DNA from: Haliotis rubra
Lineage: Eukaryota
Assembly: GCF_003918875.1 (NCBI RefSeq)
Contig: NW_025767002.1
Coordinates: forward strand, 682,001 to 746,000
Length of the DNA stretch: 64,000 bases
Direction: 5' to 3'
The notes beneath the pieces are model-generated. The model was given only the letters and a program-made list of their open reading frames with translations, ran no database searches and was not told the DNA's origin. Position numbers and translations under genes: made by a program. This document shows positions 1 to 13,145 of the stretch, piece by piece (positions within the stretch are counted from its first letter, which is position 1; every line of letters starts with the position of its first letter).

Positions 1-779
1 CACGTGTTGCAGAAAGTCTTCAAACCATCATGTATTGTTCAATGGCTTTCTTTAAGTGATTATTACTCCTCAGTGGCTAACATGCAACATTAAAAGCTAC
101 TGTCAATTACTTTTAGGATAAGCTCATTTGAAATGTTTTCACAAACCATGCAAATTCGTTTCCCGTTTCAGATTTCCTGTTTGACTTTTGCATTATAAAA
201 TAATCCCGTTTATAGCATTCACACGTAGGGCAGGATTTAAGTCGTGTTTAAGATTGTTCCATTCACAGAACGTACATCACAGCAGAGCACACCATGTGGG
301 GAATCGAACCCAGACCATTGCCCTGACGAGCGAACGCGTTAACCACTAACAAACCCAGCGTCACTTAGAAACAGTGCACAAGATTATCTGTTTAGCCAAC
401 TGTCAAAGAAAATGTCTACCATATTATTTGATAACGTTTGATAAATCAGTTGTCCCCCATCGATCATCTTTTTTCTGTTTAAAATTAAATTTTAATATAA
501 CCATTTAAAAAGTTGGAGTTAAATATTTGTACAAGACCAACCACCAACAACTCACGACACCCGACCAACGATCTCGTCCTCATTGGTAAAAGTGTCACGT
601 TACCCACACGGATAATAAATCAGTTTATAGGATCGACTATTTTTATCAGTTAGAAATATGTATAATCTATAAACGTTACTGAATCGAAATATTTGTTTAA
701 GACCTAGTACTGAACGTCAACCCAAATATCCATTGTACTACATGTCGTAAACTCAAACCATTACTCATATGCTAAAACA

Positions 780-1370
780 TCAACACTATTTTCAAATGTA
801 GAAATGTCTTTTGAATTCAATAATGACTATACTAGTATATGAATACCCCAAAATTAAATATATATTTTACCCAGTAGGCTAACGACTATACACTGTATAT
901 GGAAACTGTAAAGAAGAATGAGTGAGTGAGTTTAGTTTTACGCCGCTTTTAGCAATATTCCAGCAATATCACGGCGAGGGACACCAGAAATGGGCTTCAC
1001 ACATTGTACCCATGTGGAGAACCGAACCCGGGCCTTGAGCGGGACGAGCGAACGCTTTAACCACTAGGCTAACCCACCGCCCCTATAAAGAACATATATC
1101 TTTATATTCAGTAATGACCATATATGGAGAGGACGAAGGTAGAAGCATGCATATATTCAATAACAAATATATATTATGGAATGTAATACTCTTGATGTAG
1201 ACATGCCTAATTTTCAGTATACGGAAACTATAATGTCTTTATATTCAATAATGACTTCACATGGAAGTAATGAAAGTAAACATGTCTTTAAAGTCAATAG
1301 TGACCATATATGGGAACTTTAAAAGAAAATATGTCTTCATATTAAATATTGACCATATATGGAAACTACC
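780..1370. repeat. Degenerate ~45-47 bp minisatellite, interrupted by a family A SINE
   Basis: Recurring TATATTCAATAATGAC(C/T)ATATATGGAA motif about 9 times. Confidence 0.65.
919..1083 (-). mobile_element. Family A tRNA-derived SINE (full length)
   Basis: Reverse strand has A box TAGCCTAGTGG, a degenerate B box and a (TCAC)n tail; flanks CT(G/A)TAAAGAA resemble a TSD. Confidence 0.9.
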
Positions 1371-2493
1371 ATGCACTAAAACTAATCTTTTGCAATGAGA
1401 AACAGATGCGGTGAAAATCTTCCCAAATGCGTTCATCAGCGAGAAACAACCTTCATCACAGCGAGGCCACGAGCCTCCAAAAGCCTCCCACCCAATCTGA
1501 ATCGTGCCTCAGACCTGTCTACAAAGAGGGGTAGAGCCTCATTTGAATATGACATTATGTATTGTTTCTAGCTGGTCCCGTGTTCAATGTCTCCGCCGAG
1601 GGAGATGCAGGGCCGTTGATCTGGGAGCAGTTTAATCTAATTCTACTTCAATATCCCATAATTGGCCATCTCCCGAATCATGTGACAAAACAACGATCTT
1701 CATCTCCAGAGGAAAGAGAAATTTAATATTTTTCTGATTTCATCTGCCGCCCTTCTCGTCTTATTGCTTGATATCTATTGCTTGTAAGGATCACAAACGT
1801 CGGCGCCTTTGATGTGTGCTGTGATTGACAGTTAAGGTGGTCGTTGGACCCGGGAGATCACGCGCACTCGGGGATACGGTCGTCGTCCCTTTTCGTTCCT
1901 TCCGTCTCTTCTCTTCTTTCCTTCCAAGAGAAGTCCTGTAAATTATAAACATATACGTTAAATTTAAGATCGTTTCGTTGATAAGTTGTTCCAAAGCTCT
2001 GAATAACTTTTATGTCAACAAATCTGTGATTTGGAACGAGGGTTTCTTTTCACTGACGTAAGGAAAACAGAAAATCAAACGTTTGTAAAGCGTAAGTCTC
2101 TCATAAATAAGCGTGTCCGTGAGTACATCTGTGAGGTGGCAATCCCAGGGATTCCATGTATCTATATATGCCGTGGGAACAGAGTATAGGCAAACAAATA
2201 TAACCCTCACCCACCAATAATGCACCCGTCAACATTTGATAACCTCTCACACTTTACCTATATCTAAATGACATTAAATGAGATTTGATAGATTAATCAT
2301 AACTGTATTATTTAAAATCTAAACCAATCTATCAATCGTCTGGGTGCATGACTGCTCTATTCGTCGAAACCGCAACATTTCGCAGTGTAGAGCAGCGTCC
2401 TTTAGGTGTTCCAGAAAACTAGGGGTTCGAATCTCAGATTGTTTCTGGGTTTGTCAGTACCATATCGCTACTCGTGGTTTCATCAAAGAGACA

Positions 2494-2760
2494 GACCCGT
2501 GAAGATCCGGGGTAGAATAGGTCTTCAGCAACCCATGCTTGCCACAAAAGCGACTATGCTTGTCGTAAGAGGCGACTAACGGGATCGGGTGGTCAGGCTC
2601 GCTGACTTGGTTGCCACATGTCATCGGTTCCCAATTGGGCAGATCGATGCTCATGCTGTTGATCACTGGGTTGTCTGGTCCAGACTCGATTATTTACAGA
2701 CCGCCGCCATATAGCTGGAATATTGTTGAGTACGGCGTAAAACTAAACTCACTCACTCAC
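2494..2760 (+). mobile_element. Family B non-tRNA-headed short retroposon (full length)
   Basis: Starts GACCCGTGAAGATCC, ends (TCAC)n; TSD TCATCAAAGAGA at 2480-2491 and 2761-2772. Confidence 0.9.
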
Positions 2761-2864
2761 TCATCAAAGAGATAAGCATTCAAGGCTAGTATTACTTCCG
2801 CTCTCATACCACATCAAACTGAAACGCCGTGATATAAACGCAATGTTTCTCATTGACAAGAATG

Positions 2865-3366
2865 AAATGTGCTTCACACATTGTGCCCATTTGGGGAATC
2901 GAACCTGGGTCTTCAGCGTGACGAGTGAACGGTTTAGCCACTAAGCTAACAAATTGAAGTATTCTATAAAGTCGGTATACTGGATATACAAAGTTTAACT
3001 GAAATCGAGATAACGCTTATGAGTTGAAAAGTTAAGCTAGAATCATGACGCATTACCTAAAACCTAATGTCCTTTGTACATGAAGATAACTTGAAATAAT
3101 CCATTTNNNNNNNNNNNNNNNNNNNNNNNNNNNNNNNNNNNNNNNNNNNNNNNNNNNNNNNNNNNNNNNNNNNNNNNNNNNNNNNNNNNNNNNNNNNNNN
3201 NNNNNNNNNNNNNNNNNNNNNNNNNNNNNNNNNNNNNNNNTTTTAGCAATATTACAGCAATATCACGGTGACCAGAAATGGGCGTCACACATTGTACCCA
3301 TGTGGGGAATCGAACCCGGGTCTTTGGCGTGACGAGCGAACGCTTTAACCACTAAGCTAGACCACC
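2865..3366 (-). mobile_element. Two partial family A SINEs (about 2865-2950 and 3241-3366) either side of an assembly gap
   Basis: CACATTGT(A/G)CCCAT..GGGGAATCGAACC core in both. Confidence 0.8.
3107..3240. other. Assembly gap
   Basis: Run of N. Confidence 1.
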
Positions 3367-4189
3367 TAACGACAGCTTGTTAGTATGGCATGGTCGTTTT
3401 ACATAGTCACAATGAAACATAATGACTGAAAATTTTGGCTGCTTTTCGGACTATGTGGGTATCTCACAATATCGTCAATATACACGTTAAGTACATTACA
3501 AGCATGGTCTAAAGTACAGTACAAATTGATTGATTTCTACCACAAGGCAAATTGCTTGTAAAAGTCACTGCTGTTTTTGACAGATTGACTGATTCCTCTT
3601 ATAAATATATAACGCACTCGCCAGACAATAATCAGACTGTCATCTGCTGATCAGATATCATTTCAGGTAATGCAAATGAGTGGTGAAAATTACATGAATA
3701 GCAAATGAATGGAGATATGTATCTGGCGTTCGAGAAGAGGATAAGTATTTCCCGCTCAGTCGGAACAACACGAATTGAGAATTCAATCCACGACCTTAGC
3801 ATTACTGACAAACATTAAATGGTAAATAAACACAGGGTGAAGTAAAAAAACAACAACCACACAGTTGAATACATTTTTAAACTCAGCATTAAATCATGAT
3901 TTGTGATCGCGTTGTGTTCAAGATGTTGCCACTTTCCAGAAACATCTCAAGACATATATGTTCATGAAAGATGTGTTTGAATAGACTCCAGTCAATGCAG
4001 AACTCCTAGAAGAGCTATTGAGCAGTGATCACTGGATACTTGCGCTATATAAACCCACAGTTATTATTATTGTTATTTACTACGAGTAAAACCAGTATAA
4101 TCAGGCTTAACAATCACAAGAATCAGTAGAATCGATAGAATTGGTAAACAGGGACATCAATCAAAATCAAAGAATTGGTAGAATAAGAA

Positions 4190-4775
4190 GAATATGTAAA
4201 ATCAGTAGAATCAGGAGGGTCAATAGAATATGTAGAACGTTTACAGCCAGTAGAATCAGGAGAGTCAATAGAATATGTAAAACGTTTACAGCCAGTAGAA
4301 TCAGGAGGGTCAATAGAATATGTAGAACGTTTACAGCCAGTAGAATCAGGAGGGTCAATAGAATATGTAGAACGTTTACAGCCAGTAGAATCAGGAGGGT
4401 CAATAGAATATGTAAAACGTTTACAGCCAGTAGAATCAGGAGGGTCAATAGAATATGTAGAACGTTTACAGCCAGGAGGGTCAGAATATGTAGGAAACGT
4501 TTACAGCCAGTAGAATCAGGAGGGTCAATAGAATATGTAGAACGTTTACAGCCAGTAGAATCAGGAGGGTCAATAGAATATGTAGAACGTTTACAGCCAG
4601 TAGAATCAGGAGAGTCAATAGAATATGTAAAACGTTTACAGCCAGTAGAATCAAGAGGGTCAATAGAATATGTAGAACGTTTACAGCCAGTAGAATCAGG
4701 AGAGTCAATAGAATATGTAGAACGTTTACAGCCAGTAGAATCAGGAGGGTCAATAGAATATGTAGAACATTTAGA
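4190..4775. repeat. 45-bp tandem repeat, about 12 copies
   Basis: Unit GTAGAATCA GGAGGGTCA ATAGAATAT GTAGAACGT TTACAGCCA. Confidence 0.95.
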
Positions 4776-4819
4776 ACCAATAAAATTTGGAGAGTCAACA
4801 CAATAAGAATATTTAGAAC

Positions 4820-5262
4820 CAGTAGAATCAGTAGGTCAAAAGAATCGGTAAAATCGCTAGAAACAGATGGGTCAGTAGAATCAACAGATCAGTAGAATCG
4901 GTAAAATCGCTAGAAACAGATGGGTCAGTAGAATCAGTAGATCAAAAGAATCGGTAAAATCGCTAGAAACAGATGGGTCAGTAGAATCAGTAGATCAAAA
5001 GAATCGATAAAATCGCTAGAAACAGATGGGTCAGTAGAATCAGTAGATCAAAAGAATCGGTAAAATCGCTAGAAACAGATGGGTCAGTAGAATCAGTAGA
5101 TCAAAAGAATCGGTAAAATCGCTAGAAACAGATGGGTCAGTAGAATCAACAGATCAGTAAAATCGCTAGAAACAGATGGGTCAGTAGAATCAGTAGATCA
5201 AAAGAATCGGTAAAATCGCTAGAAACAGATGGGTCAGTAGAATCAACAGATCAGTAGAATCC
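4820..5262. repeat. ~53-bp tandem repeat, about 8 copies
   Basis: Unit GTAAAATCG CTAGAAACA GATGGGTCA GTAGAATCA GTAGATCA AAAGAATCG. Confidence 0.95.
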
Positions 5263-5772
5263 TGGGACATAGAAGAATCCGTAGCATCAATACAAGAGTC
5301 GGAAGAATGGGTAAAATAAAACGAATCAGTAAACTCGGAAGAATGAATATAATCCAAAGAAACAGAAGAGTTAGTGGAATCAACGCAATCTGAGGATCAT
5401 GAGAATCGATTGAATCGGAAGAATCTGTACAGTCAGTTGGGTCCGAAGATCAAAGAAATACGTGGAATCAGAAGAATCAATAGATTCAAGGATTAAGTTA
5501 TTTCAAGATTGAAAAATCTATAGATTTCGAAGAATCAGAAGGATGACCAGAGTGAGAGGAAGCAACTATCTGAAGAATCAGTAATATGAACTGTTGGAAG
5601 ACCCGGTAGGATCACAGGAACCAATGGCAGCAAAACGAATCAATGGAATAAGTAGAAAGAGTAGAATCTGCAGTGCCAGTAGAATGAAAAGAATCAGTGG
5701 AAAGACAGAATCAGAAGAATCGATAGAATTCGTAGAATCAAAGGAATCAGTAGAATAAGAAGATTCAGTCAC
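5262..5772. repeat. Degenerate 9-bp (GTAGAATCA-like) repeat tract
   Basis: Decayed GAATC(A/G) motifs at roughly 9-bp phase. Confidence 0.7.
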
Positions 5773-8700
5773 TCAATTGAATAAATGTGACATTTTATAC
5801 TATCTTACAAATTAGGTGAATTTATTGATTGACTACAGCATACATAGATATTTTGAAAACATGGTAAATCTTTTAAGGGCGTGTTTTATAGGTCAGTCAA
5901 TCTTTTTCGTGTAAGCCCGATAGGTTGCAAGCTTTATATTTAGATAGTATTGAGTGCATGCCCAACTTTTTTTAGCATCAATCTTTTTTTTTATGATGGT
6001 AGCTACGCCCATGGAGATGGATGTAATAGGGCAACACTTCAAATGTGTTATTTTGTCTGGACAAAAATTATAGATTAGTGCCAATTTCTCGTACACGTCT
6101 ATGTTTGATCCGCGTGTTTGATATTGTCTGTTTAACATATCAAACATCACACTTAAATAACATATCGATAAAGTGAATATTCATGCGTAAAAAAGAGACG
6201 TCTAATGCCTTGAAACCAGTCCATCGCTGAATCCGAGCAACGAACGACAAAGAGTTACATTGCTACATTCTTTGTAACAGTGAGGGCTCTGGCAGATGCT
6301 TTAAACTCTATATCAAATTTCTTGATTCAACATGACATGTTGGAATAAAAAATCAAAACGAGGTCCTATATAATTGAAGAGGATCAGAGTTGGAATAATT
6401 TCATTATGACCTTCAGTTTAACACACGGCAGCCTCCAGCCCTCTTTCCTGTTACCACAAATGTAAATCAGAAAAAATAAAATGTCCCAGCACAGAATAAA
6501 GTTTGTTGATGACCATGTTAGAACTGCCGATATTTCTAGGTTTGAACAGCATATGATCTGACACATCCACAGGCTGCTTCAATGCGTCCATTAGACGTGG
6601 GTTTGATTCAATGGCGGGCCCGAGCCCTCGTGTTAGCTTGGAGGGGTGGCCCATACAAAACAGCCCTCCATCTGACACGATCAATAAGATTTCTTCAGTA
6701 AAAAACATATCGCCCGGAGCAATGCACGGGATGTATAAAACATAATACTAGCCCAACTAAAGCGATTTTCATGTAGTATTTTCTTCTCGTGTGTATAAAT
6801 GGCCACTTGATGTTTTATGTATTGGATGGGGCTTGGGGCGGAGAGTATGGGTTAAAGTCATCACGTGACCCTACTCTCGAACCATCCGTGCCAGCGAGGA
6901 CAAAGCTGAGTATGGAGTGCTTTGCTTTACATTTACTGGTGCTTTAGTCTGCTGCTATATGTTGAATCATCTCACTTGTGCCTGAGTGACTGTCATTGAA
7001 ATGCCGGGAGTTGCTTTTGTCCTCTCGTGAAGTAAATATAATAGTAAAATGATGTGTATGAGATCATAAAACTAATTTCAGTGTGAAGATGCACTTACAA
7101 AACTGAAAAGTATATAGCAAAAACTGTTTCCGAATAATTGCCTTCTTCTGTCCTTCACCAGGCCACAAGTTGAATAAGCAACATCTATTAGGTAGATTTC
7201 AAGGGGTTTTATGACCCGCGAAGACATGTCATATCTTACACTTGGAACACCTTCGCTGAGGCTAAAAGGTCAGAGGCTTAGATTTAGAGCTATGTAAAAT
7301 ATGCACAGTGTCCAAATTTTAGATATACAGCCCGTGCTCATAATATTCGATCTTCTGATGAAAAAAGCGATAAATCATTACAAAGCACTGGGAAATACGA
7401 CCAGGAAATATGATTTCTTGCATGAGCGATCAAAACAGTATTAATACGCAATTACAGAATATGATGAAATTTCTATATGACAAAATATGTCATTCTCCGT
7501 AAACTTTGTAGAGAAGACCTAGTCCTTTAAAGGCAAGAAAGTAATAGAACAGATTTGACAGGCATCAGAATGAGATTTGTTAGGGTGTTGGCTGAGTGAG
7601 TGAAGGTCACGGCGTCAATCACGCCCGTCGTCTGGAACAGCACGCAATTAGGCAACGTGTTCGTCAGCGAGTTAGCCGTTTGATTTCTAGAATTACGAAT
7701 ATGAGCGCATTGTGTTTTAGACAATATCTCCCAATTTCATTTCAGATGCAATATCAGATATTGTAATTATGAAATGTGGAAGTCCCTAATGACGCCTACC
7801 GCAAACCCTTTGACGCGCTGTGGTATCTCTTGGGTGGAGAGGTGTTCAAAGGGAGATAATTCTGAAGCATCAATAACGGGATCAATTGTTCCGGTCTAGG
7901 GTCCCGGGGCATAGGCTGACCCCCACATCTGCAGGTGGCTCCCTCCCTCCCTCCTTCCTAGGCCCAACGTCAGTGACGGTACGACTAGGGAGGCTGATTC
8001 ACCGTCTCAAAGAGACATGATTCTATCGGTCTTTATTCACGTAGCCATGCCGAAACTCTGTTCTGATTTTCTACGCGATGAAGGGGAGAGCGGACGCTGA
8101 CGTCTACCCAGCTGTTGAGGGGCAAAAAGGTGTCCCCCCTAACGCCCTCCACTCCGTTTTCCTCCCCCGTGCACGTGGGCGAGAACCATGTGGCGAGGAA
8201 TCAAGGGGCAGATCACTCGGTGCAGAAAGGCGCCGAGCCGTGTCGCCACCCAGTATTACCCAGTGAGAGATGACATGCGCAGCTCGTGCTGATGTGTTGG
8301 GCTATCGAAAAAACTGTCTGTGACTTGTGAAGAATGTGTTTTCCCGACTGAGAACAAAATGGCAGAATATTTGTTATAAATACAGCGTGCGAAAATAGCC
8401 CACTTCACAGGCCAATCCAAACACTAGTTTAAAGAATACCCAGGAAAATCATCATTGTAATGCTGAGTATTTTCAAAGTTCAAGAAGATACCTTAAACCC
8501 GAAGAAACCTGGGCACCAAGAACTGCCATGATTTTTTAAAATCATATTGGTATTTACCTGGTAGAGGAGTTATGTCCCTTGAGACGGCTTGTCTGAATGC
8601 CTTGGCGAAAGGTTCTAGTTCAGGTCACAGACCAAACTACCATTCATAGTTTCCGTGCTGATAACTGGTGGTCACCACATTCACTTGCTTCCAGACATTC

Positions 8701-8784
8701 AAGCCCTCCCAGTGTTTAAATGATATGAAAGCAGGACGAACTAAACGTAATCGGTACTGGACCACTGTTGATACTTAATAGTGA

Positions 8785-8935
8785 ACATGGTTTTATGTCG
8801 CTTTGGGCAATTTTCCTGCAATATCGCAGCGAGAGACAGAAACGGGTTTCATGCATTCTGCGCTGGAGGGGAATCGAACCCGGGTCTTAGAAGAAACTAG
8901 CGAACGCTTTAACCACTAGGCCACCACCCCGACCC
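8785..8935 (-). mobile_element. Family A SINE, diverged
   Basis: GGGGAATCGAACCCGGGTCTT...CGCTTTAACCACTAGGC. Confidence 0.8.
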
Positions 8936-9177
8936 CTCTTGGAACTTTAGAAACGATCATGGCAAAGGATTTCACTGTACACAAATGATTCATGTAAGAC
9001 GTCTTATGGCTGACTGTGTTAAACCATTGCTTCTATTTGCAGTTTTACATTGATGATGGTCAAATGAGTTAAGGAAAGAGCAATAAAGGTTTCATCTTCA
9101 ATTATATCGTAGCATCGCTGTAGTTCTTGAGTAATGTAATGTTACATTGGTTTAACGTCAATGTCTGCATGAATTAC

Positions 9178-9339
9178 NNNNNNNNNNNNNNNNNNNNNNN
9201 NNNNNNNNNNNNNNNNNNNNNNNNNNNNNNNNNNNNNNNNNNNNNNNNNNNNNNNNNNNNNNNNNNNNNNNNNNNNNNNNNNNNNNNNNNNNNNNNNNNN
9301 NNNNNNNNNNNNNNNNNNNNNNNNNNNNNNNNNNNNNNN
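9178..9339. other. Assembly gap
   Basis: Run of N. Confidence 1.
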
Positions 9340-9754
9340 GTCTGTTCTCTGACATGAATACTCCTCTCAGACACATTACACTTCGAACCAATAAAATCCT
9401 TCGGCACGTTACCACGAAGTATACATATATTTAACCTCATATTAATGACAAAATGGCTTCTTCTTCCTGAATACAATTACTTTTAAAGACCAATGATATA
9501 ACCAGAATTGTACAATCAATCGACTCTACTTTTAGCGGAGACTTGTGTGGATGTGGAAAGGGTTTTGTCATTTCAGTTTACACATTTAAGATTTGTTAAT
9601 CGTGAAATATCTCAGTTCGGAAGACAGTCCGACACCGCTGTGTCGACCTCTGATATGTCGAAGTCATGGTTGTCTCGAAGAAAGGGGTTAGTCTATTCGT
9701 ATGCTTTCGTTATTAATCATTTTTCTGTTTCAAACCTTGAATAAACTCGAAGTA

Positions 9755-9883
9755 TACTGGACAAAATAAGTTAGGGATATTGGTATTTTTATGATTGATA
9801 TTTTATCAGTGTGTCAATGAATAAATAGATCATTATTCATAATTTCAAAATTTACATATATCCCTAACTATTTTTGTCCAGTA
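9755..9883. mobile_element. 129-bp Tc1/mariner-type MITE
   Basis: ~26-bp TIRs TACTGGACAAAATAAGTTAGGGATAT / ATATCCCTAACTATTTTTGTCCAGTA, TA on both sides. Confidence 0.85.
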
Positions 9884-10179
9884 TATCTACGTCGGTTCGT
9901 TTCAGGACTGTTGGGAACTCTTCATCTGTCGGAACGCCACCGTCCTGATTAAGGGGGTTGTCGAGGCAGTGAGTGGAACCCATGGCTGTAGGCTGTTGTA
10001 CTAGTTCTGTAGCAGCACTCTAATGTTCCATTAATCCCAGGGGAACAGAGGTTCCGGAGCCTTCATTCCTTTAGTCGTATCGACTGCATCCCTGGGAAAT
10101 GTGTGTTTAATACTCCACAGTATCAGCACAGGCCCAGGTTGTGATGCCTGTGTGGGTTGGTGTTCTGGGCATGTAGTTC

Positions 10180-10540
10180 GTAGTGTCTGTTGTAACTATT
10201 AGTGTCAGTTGTAACTGCTAGTGTCTGTTGAAGCTCCCCGTGTCGAATGTAAATCTGATTGGTTGGTATAACTGTTGTCTGTCGTAAGTGCTAGTGTCTG
10301 TTGTGAATCCGTGTGGCTGGTTTAAGTGCTGGTGTCTGTTGTATGTGCTTGTGTGAACTCCTACTGTGTGTTGTAACTAATAGCGTCTGTTGTCAGTCCC
10401 CTCGTCTGCTGTAAATCCTAGTGGCTATTTCAACTGCTCATGTCTGTTGTAACCCCTAGTGTCTGTTGTAAATCCTAGTGTGTTTTTGTCTTCCGTGTCT
10501 GTCCTAACAAATAGTGTCTGTTGTAACTCCCTGTGTCTAG
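10180..10540. repeat. Degenerate ~19-20 bp minisatellite
   Basis: Recurring TAGTGTCTGTTGTAA. Confidence 0.75.
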
Positions 10541-10728
10541 GAGCAGACGCTAAAATGCATTATGTAATTACAAAGTATTGTCATTTTAAATGTTTGTGAA
10601 AGTTTCCAGAAGATGGCTGTGTGTTGTTACGGTCTGTTATGTGTTCTAATGTTCTAATGTGTACTAATATTTTGTAGCTATGGATCAGAGGATTTTGTAG
10701 TTTGTTTTGTAGTTCGTCTGTGTTACAA

Positions 10729-10890
10729 AGGCGGTGGGGTACGTAGCCTATTGGTCATAGAGTACGCCGTCACACCGAAGACCCGGCTTCCCCACAAGAG
10801 TACAATGTGAACAGCCCATTTCTGATGTCTCCCGCCGTGATATTGCTGGAATTTTTTCTAAAAGCGCCGTGAAACCCATCTCACACACTC
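10729..10890 (+). mobile_element. Family A SINE, diverged
   Basis: GGCGGTGGGGTACGTAGCCTA...CCGCCGTGATATTGCTGGAA. Confidence 0.8.
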
Positions 10891-11214
10891 ATGTCTGGCT
10901 GTTATATCGTCATGCGTGACTGTCACGTATGTTACAAGTTGTGTCACACTGGTACTTTGTAGTTGGTCCCAGTGTGAGGGTTGTCATATTGGTGGTACGT
11001 GTATTGAATATTTTGGGCATCACAATGCCTACTGGCCCATGGATAACTGTAATTTGTAGTTGGCGCTTTAAAGTTTCAGTCGTGTTGGTATATATGGTAG
11101 TAATTGTTGGTGCTAGGGTAATGTGTTGCGTTTCATCGATCAACTCTCTCCTGGGACATCTTGTGTCACGAGTGAGTTTGTGAGTGGGTGAGTGGGGAGG
11201 GGGGAGGGAGCGAG

Positions 11215-11363
11215 CGAGTGAACTTTTACGAAGCTTTTAGCCATCTTTCAGGAATATGACAGCGGTGGACACCAGAAATGGGTTTCACACATTGCACCTT
11301 TGTGGGGAATAGAACCCGGGCCGTCGCCATGACCGGCGAACACTAGGCTACACCACTGCCCCT
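11215..11363 (-). mobile_element. Family A SINE, diverged
   Basis: GACACCAGAAATGGGTTTCACACATTG core. Confidence 0.8.
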
Positions 11364-13049
11364 CAGTAAACGATAGGGGATGATATGTGGACATACATTC
11401 TGGGGGACCCAGCTACATCACACATTTTACACCTAAATGCACCAATCAGTTCAGTTCTCTGTTACTGGTGTTAAAACTACGGAGCTTTGATCCGCCCACT
11501 GGTAGTGTTTGATAAAACTTTATATCATAGTATAAATATGTAAGGAAAGTAGCTGAAGTGTATCAATTGTAATATTCTACATGAATAACACACATATTGC
11601 ACACATTCACATGCGACACACATTTACATCACATATTATTTTGTCTTATTTAGGTTAATGTTTGGAATCGGATGTTAATTTAAAACGTTTGGTAATATCG
11701 TTGGTTTTAATTGGTTATATTGTGGCAATTTGTGATTTTTACGTAAAGTTGCGGTATTTTGTATTCCGTGATATTTGGTAATAACTTGTGTAATTTATAA
11801 TCTTTGATGAAGTATTTTAGACTTGGCAATGGCAATTTACAATGCTTCACTGTATTTGATGATAACTACTTGTATCGGATTGAGGGACAATTTGATAACT
11901 AATAGGATTTTGTTTCGTTTCATGATTCGTGGTGTTTGTGATCAGATTGTCCTTTGTAGTACGTGAATGTGGGTTTTCAGTTTGTAGAGAACATTTGAAT
12001 AGAGAGATAATTCGTAATTATTCCAAATAATTAACGACAGAAAGTTAAGAGAATGAAGGTTTGATGGCTCTTATATCCCGAAGAAAACGTTAAATACATC
12101 GGAAATGTTCCAAATAGATAGATAAATAAATCATTCACCGAAGTGTTTGAATGTTCTTAAATATTACCAGATGCCTTAAATACGTTTCAGATGTTTAGAG
12201 AACAACAAAAAGTTGTCTGACAAAATGAGTGGCCTGTATGCTGTTTTTCTACTTTATGTGTTGGTTTTCAATATCTCCTCGTCTGAAATAACACTGTGAT
12301 GTAAAAAGCCTGATTAACGTCGTGTTGCATGGCATTGCTGCAGTTGTCGACGTCTTCTTCGGGAGCACACGTGGACGCATTAATCACATATATTACGTCA
12401 TAGTAACTCGATACTGTTGTGAACGGAAATGCAAGACTATTTATGCTTATTTCAGTTGCTAGTCCATGCTTGAACATTATATCTCGATTCGGCCGTTTTC
12501 ATTTTCATTTTTTGTTCAAGGGAGTCCTAGGTTAGCTTGGAAATTGAATATCAAACATATTTTCCAAATCTTTGAACATGATGTTTTAATGTTGGTTAAA
12601 AAATTGATTGATACACACAATTTGTATAAGTGTTTCCTCACAAACTGAACACATTAACAGTTAAAGAACATTCAGATATTCAAAAACATCGTCGCTTTCC
12701 CATTGTGATTCACATACACCCTGCGTGATGCAGCTGTTGGCGAGGGAACTTGCCGATTTCATGGATGATGGTATGTTAACGCTGTATTTAATACGTTTTT
12801 TTAAAAATTCTAGATATGTATATGAAAGTCCAGATTTTTATATTCCATTTAACCTTCCCATTTCATTCAAGAAAAATCGTAAAAAGAATGACGTAGATGT
12901 AAATTAGTGTCAAGCTGGATGAAGATGTTACACAGTGAAGATGATCTTCTTCATGGTTCACCTATCTGCACAGCCAGAGGAATCTGTCAACAAGGGACTG
13001 TGACTAACCCGATTCTCTGTCAAAAACGGACATCATTCACTTCATCAAT

Positions 13050-13145
13050 TAAGTAAAACCTTTCTAAACTGGACCAGTTAATCGTATTCTTGATTCTCCC
13101 TTGTCCGGATTAATCAGAAGTCCGGTTTAGACAGGTTGCATTGTA
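13050..13145. mobile_element. Degenerate pogo-like MITE remnant
   Basis: Imperfect inverted ends AACCTTTCTAAACTGGAC / GTCCGGTTTAGACAGGTT. Confidence 0.45.

Noticed and set aside
4141-4806. 221-aa ORF and antisense Leu-rich ORFs
   Set aside because: Product of a stop-free 45-bp repeat open in several frames on both strands; the neighbouring related array has a 53-bp unit
6384-6708. Short ORFs in unique DNA (also 25846-26187, 45698-46042, 58944-59288)
   Set aside because: No recognisable domain or splice context; lengths expected by chance. Small exons cannot be excluded without transcript data
9890-11160. Thr-rich mucin-like exon on the minus strand
   Set aside because: ORFs are short, repeat units are 19-20 bp (frame-breaking), and a SINE interrupts the region
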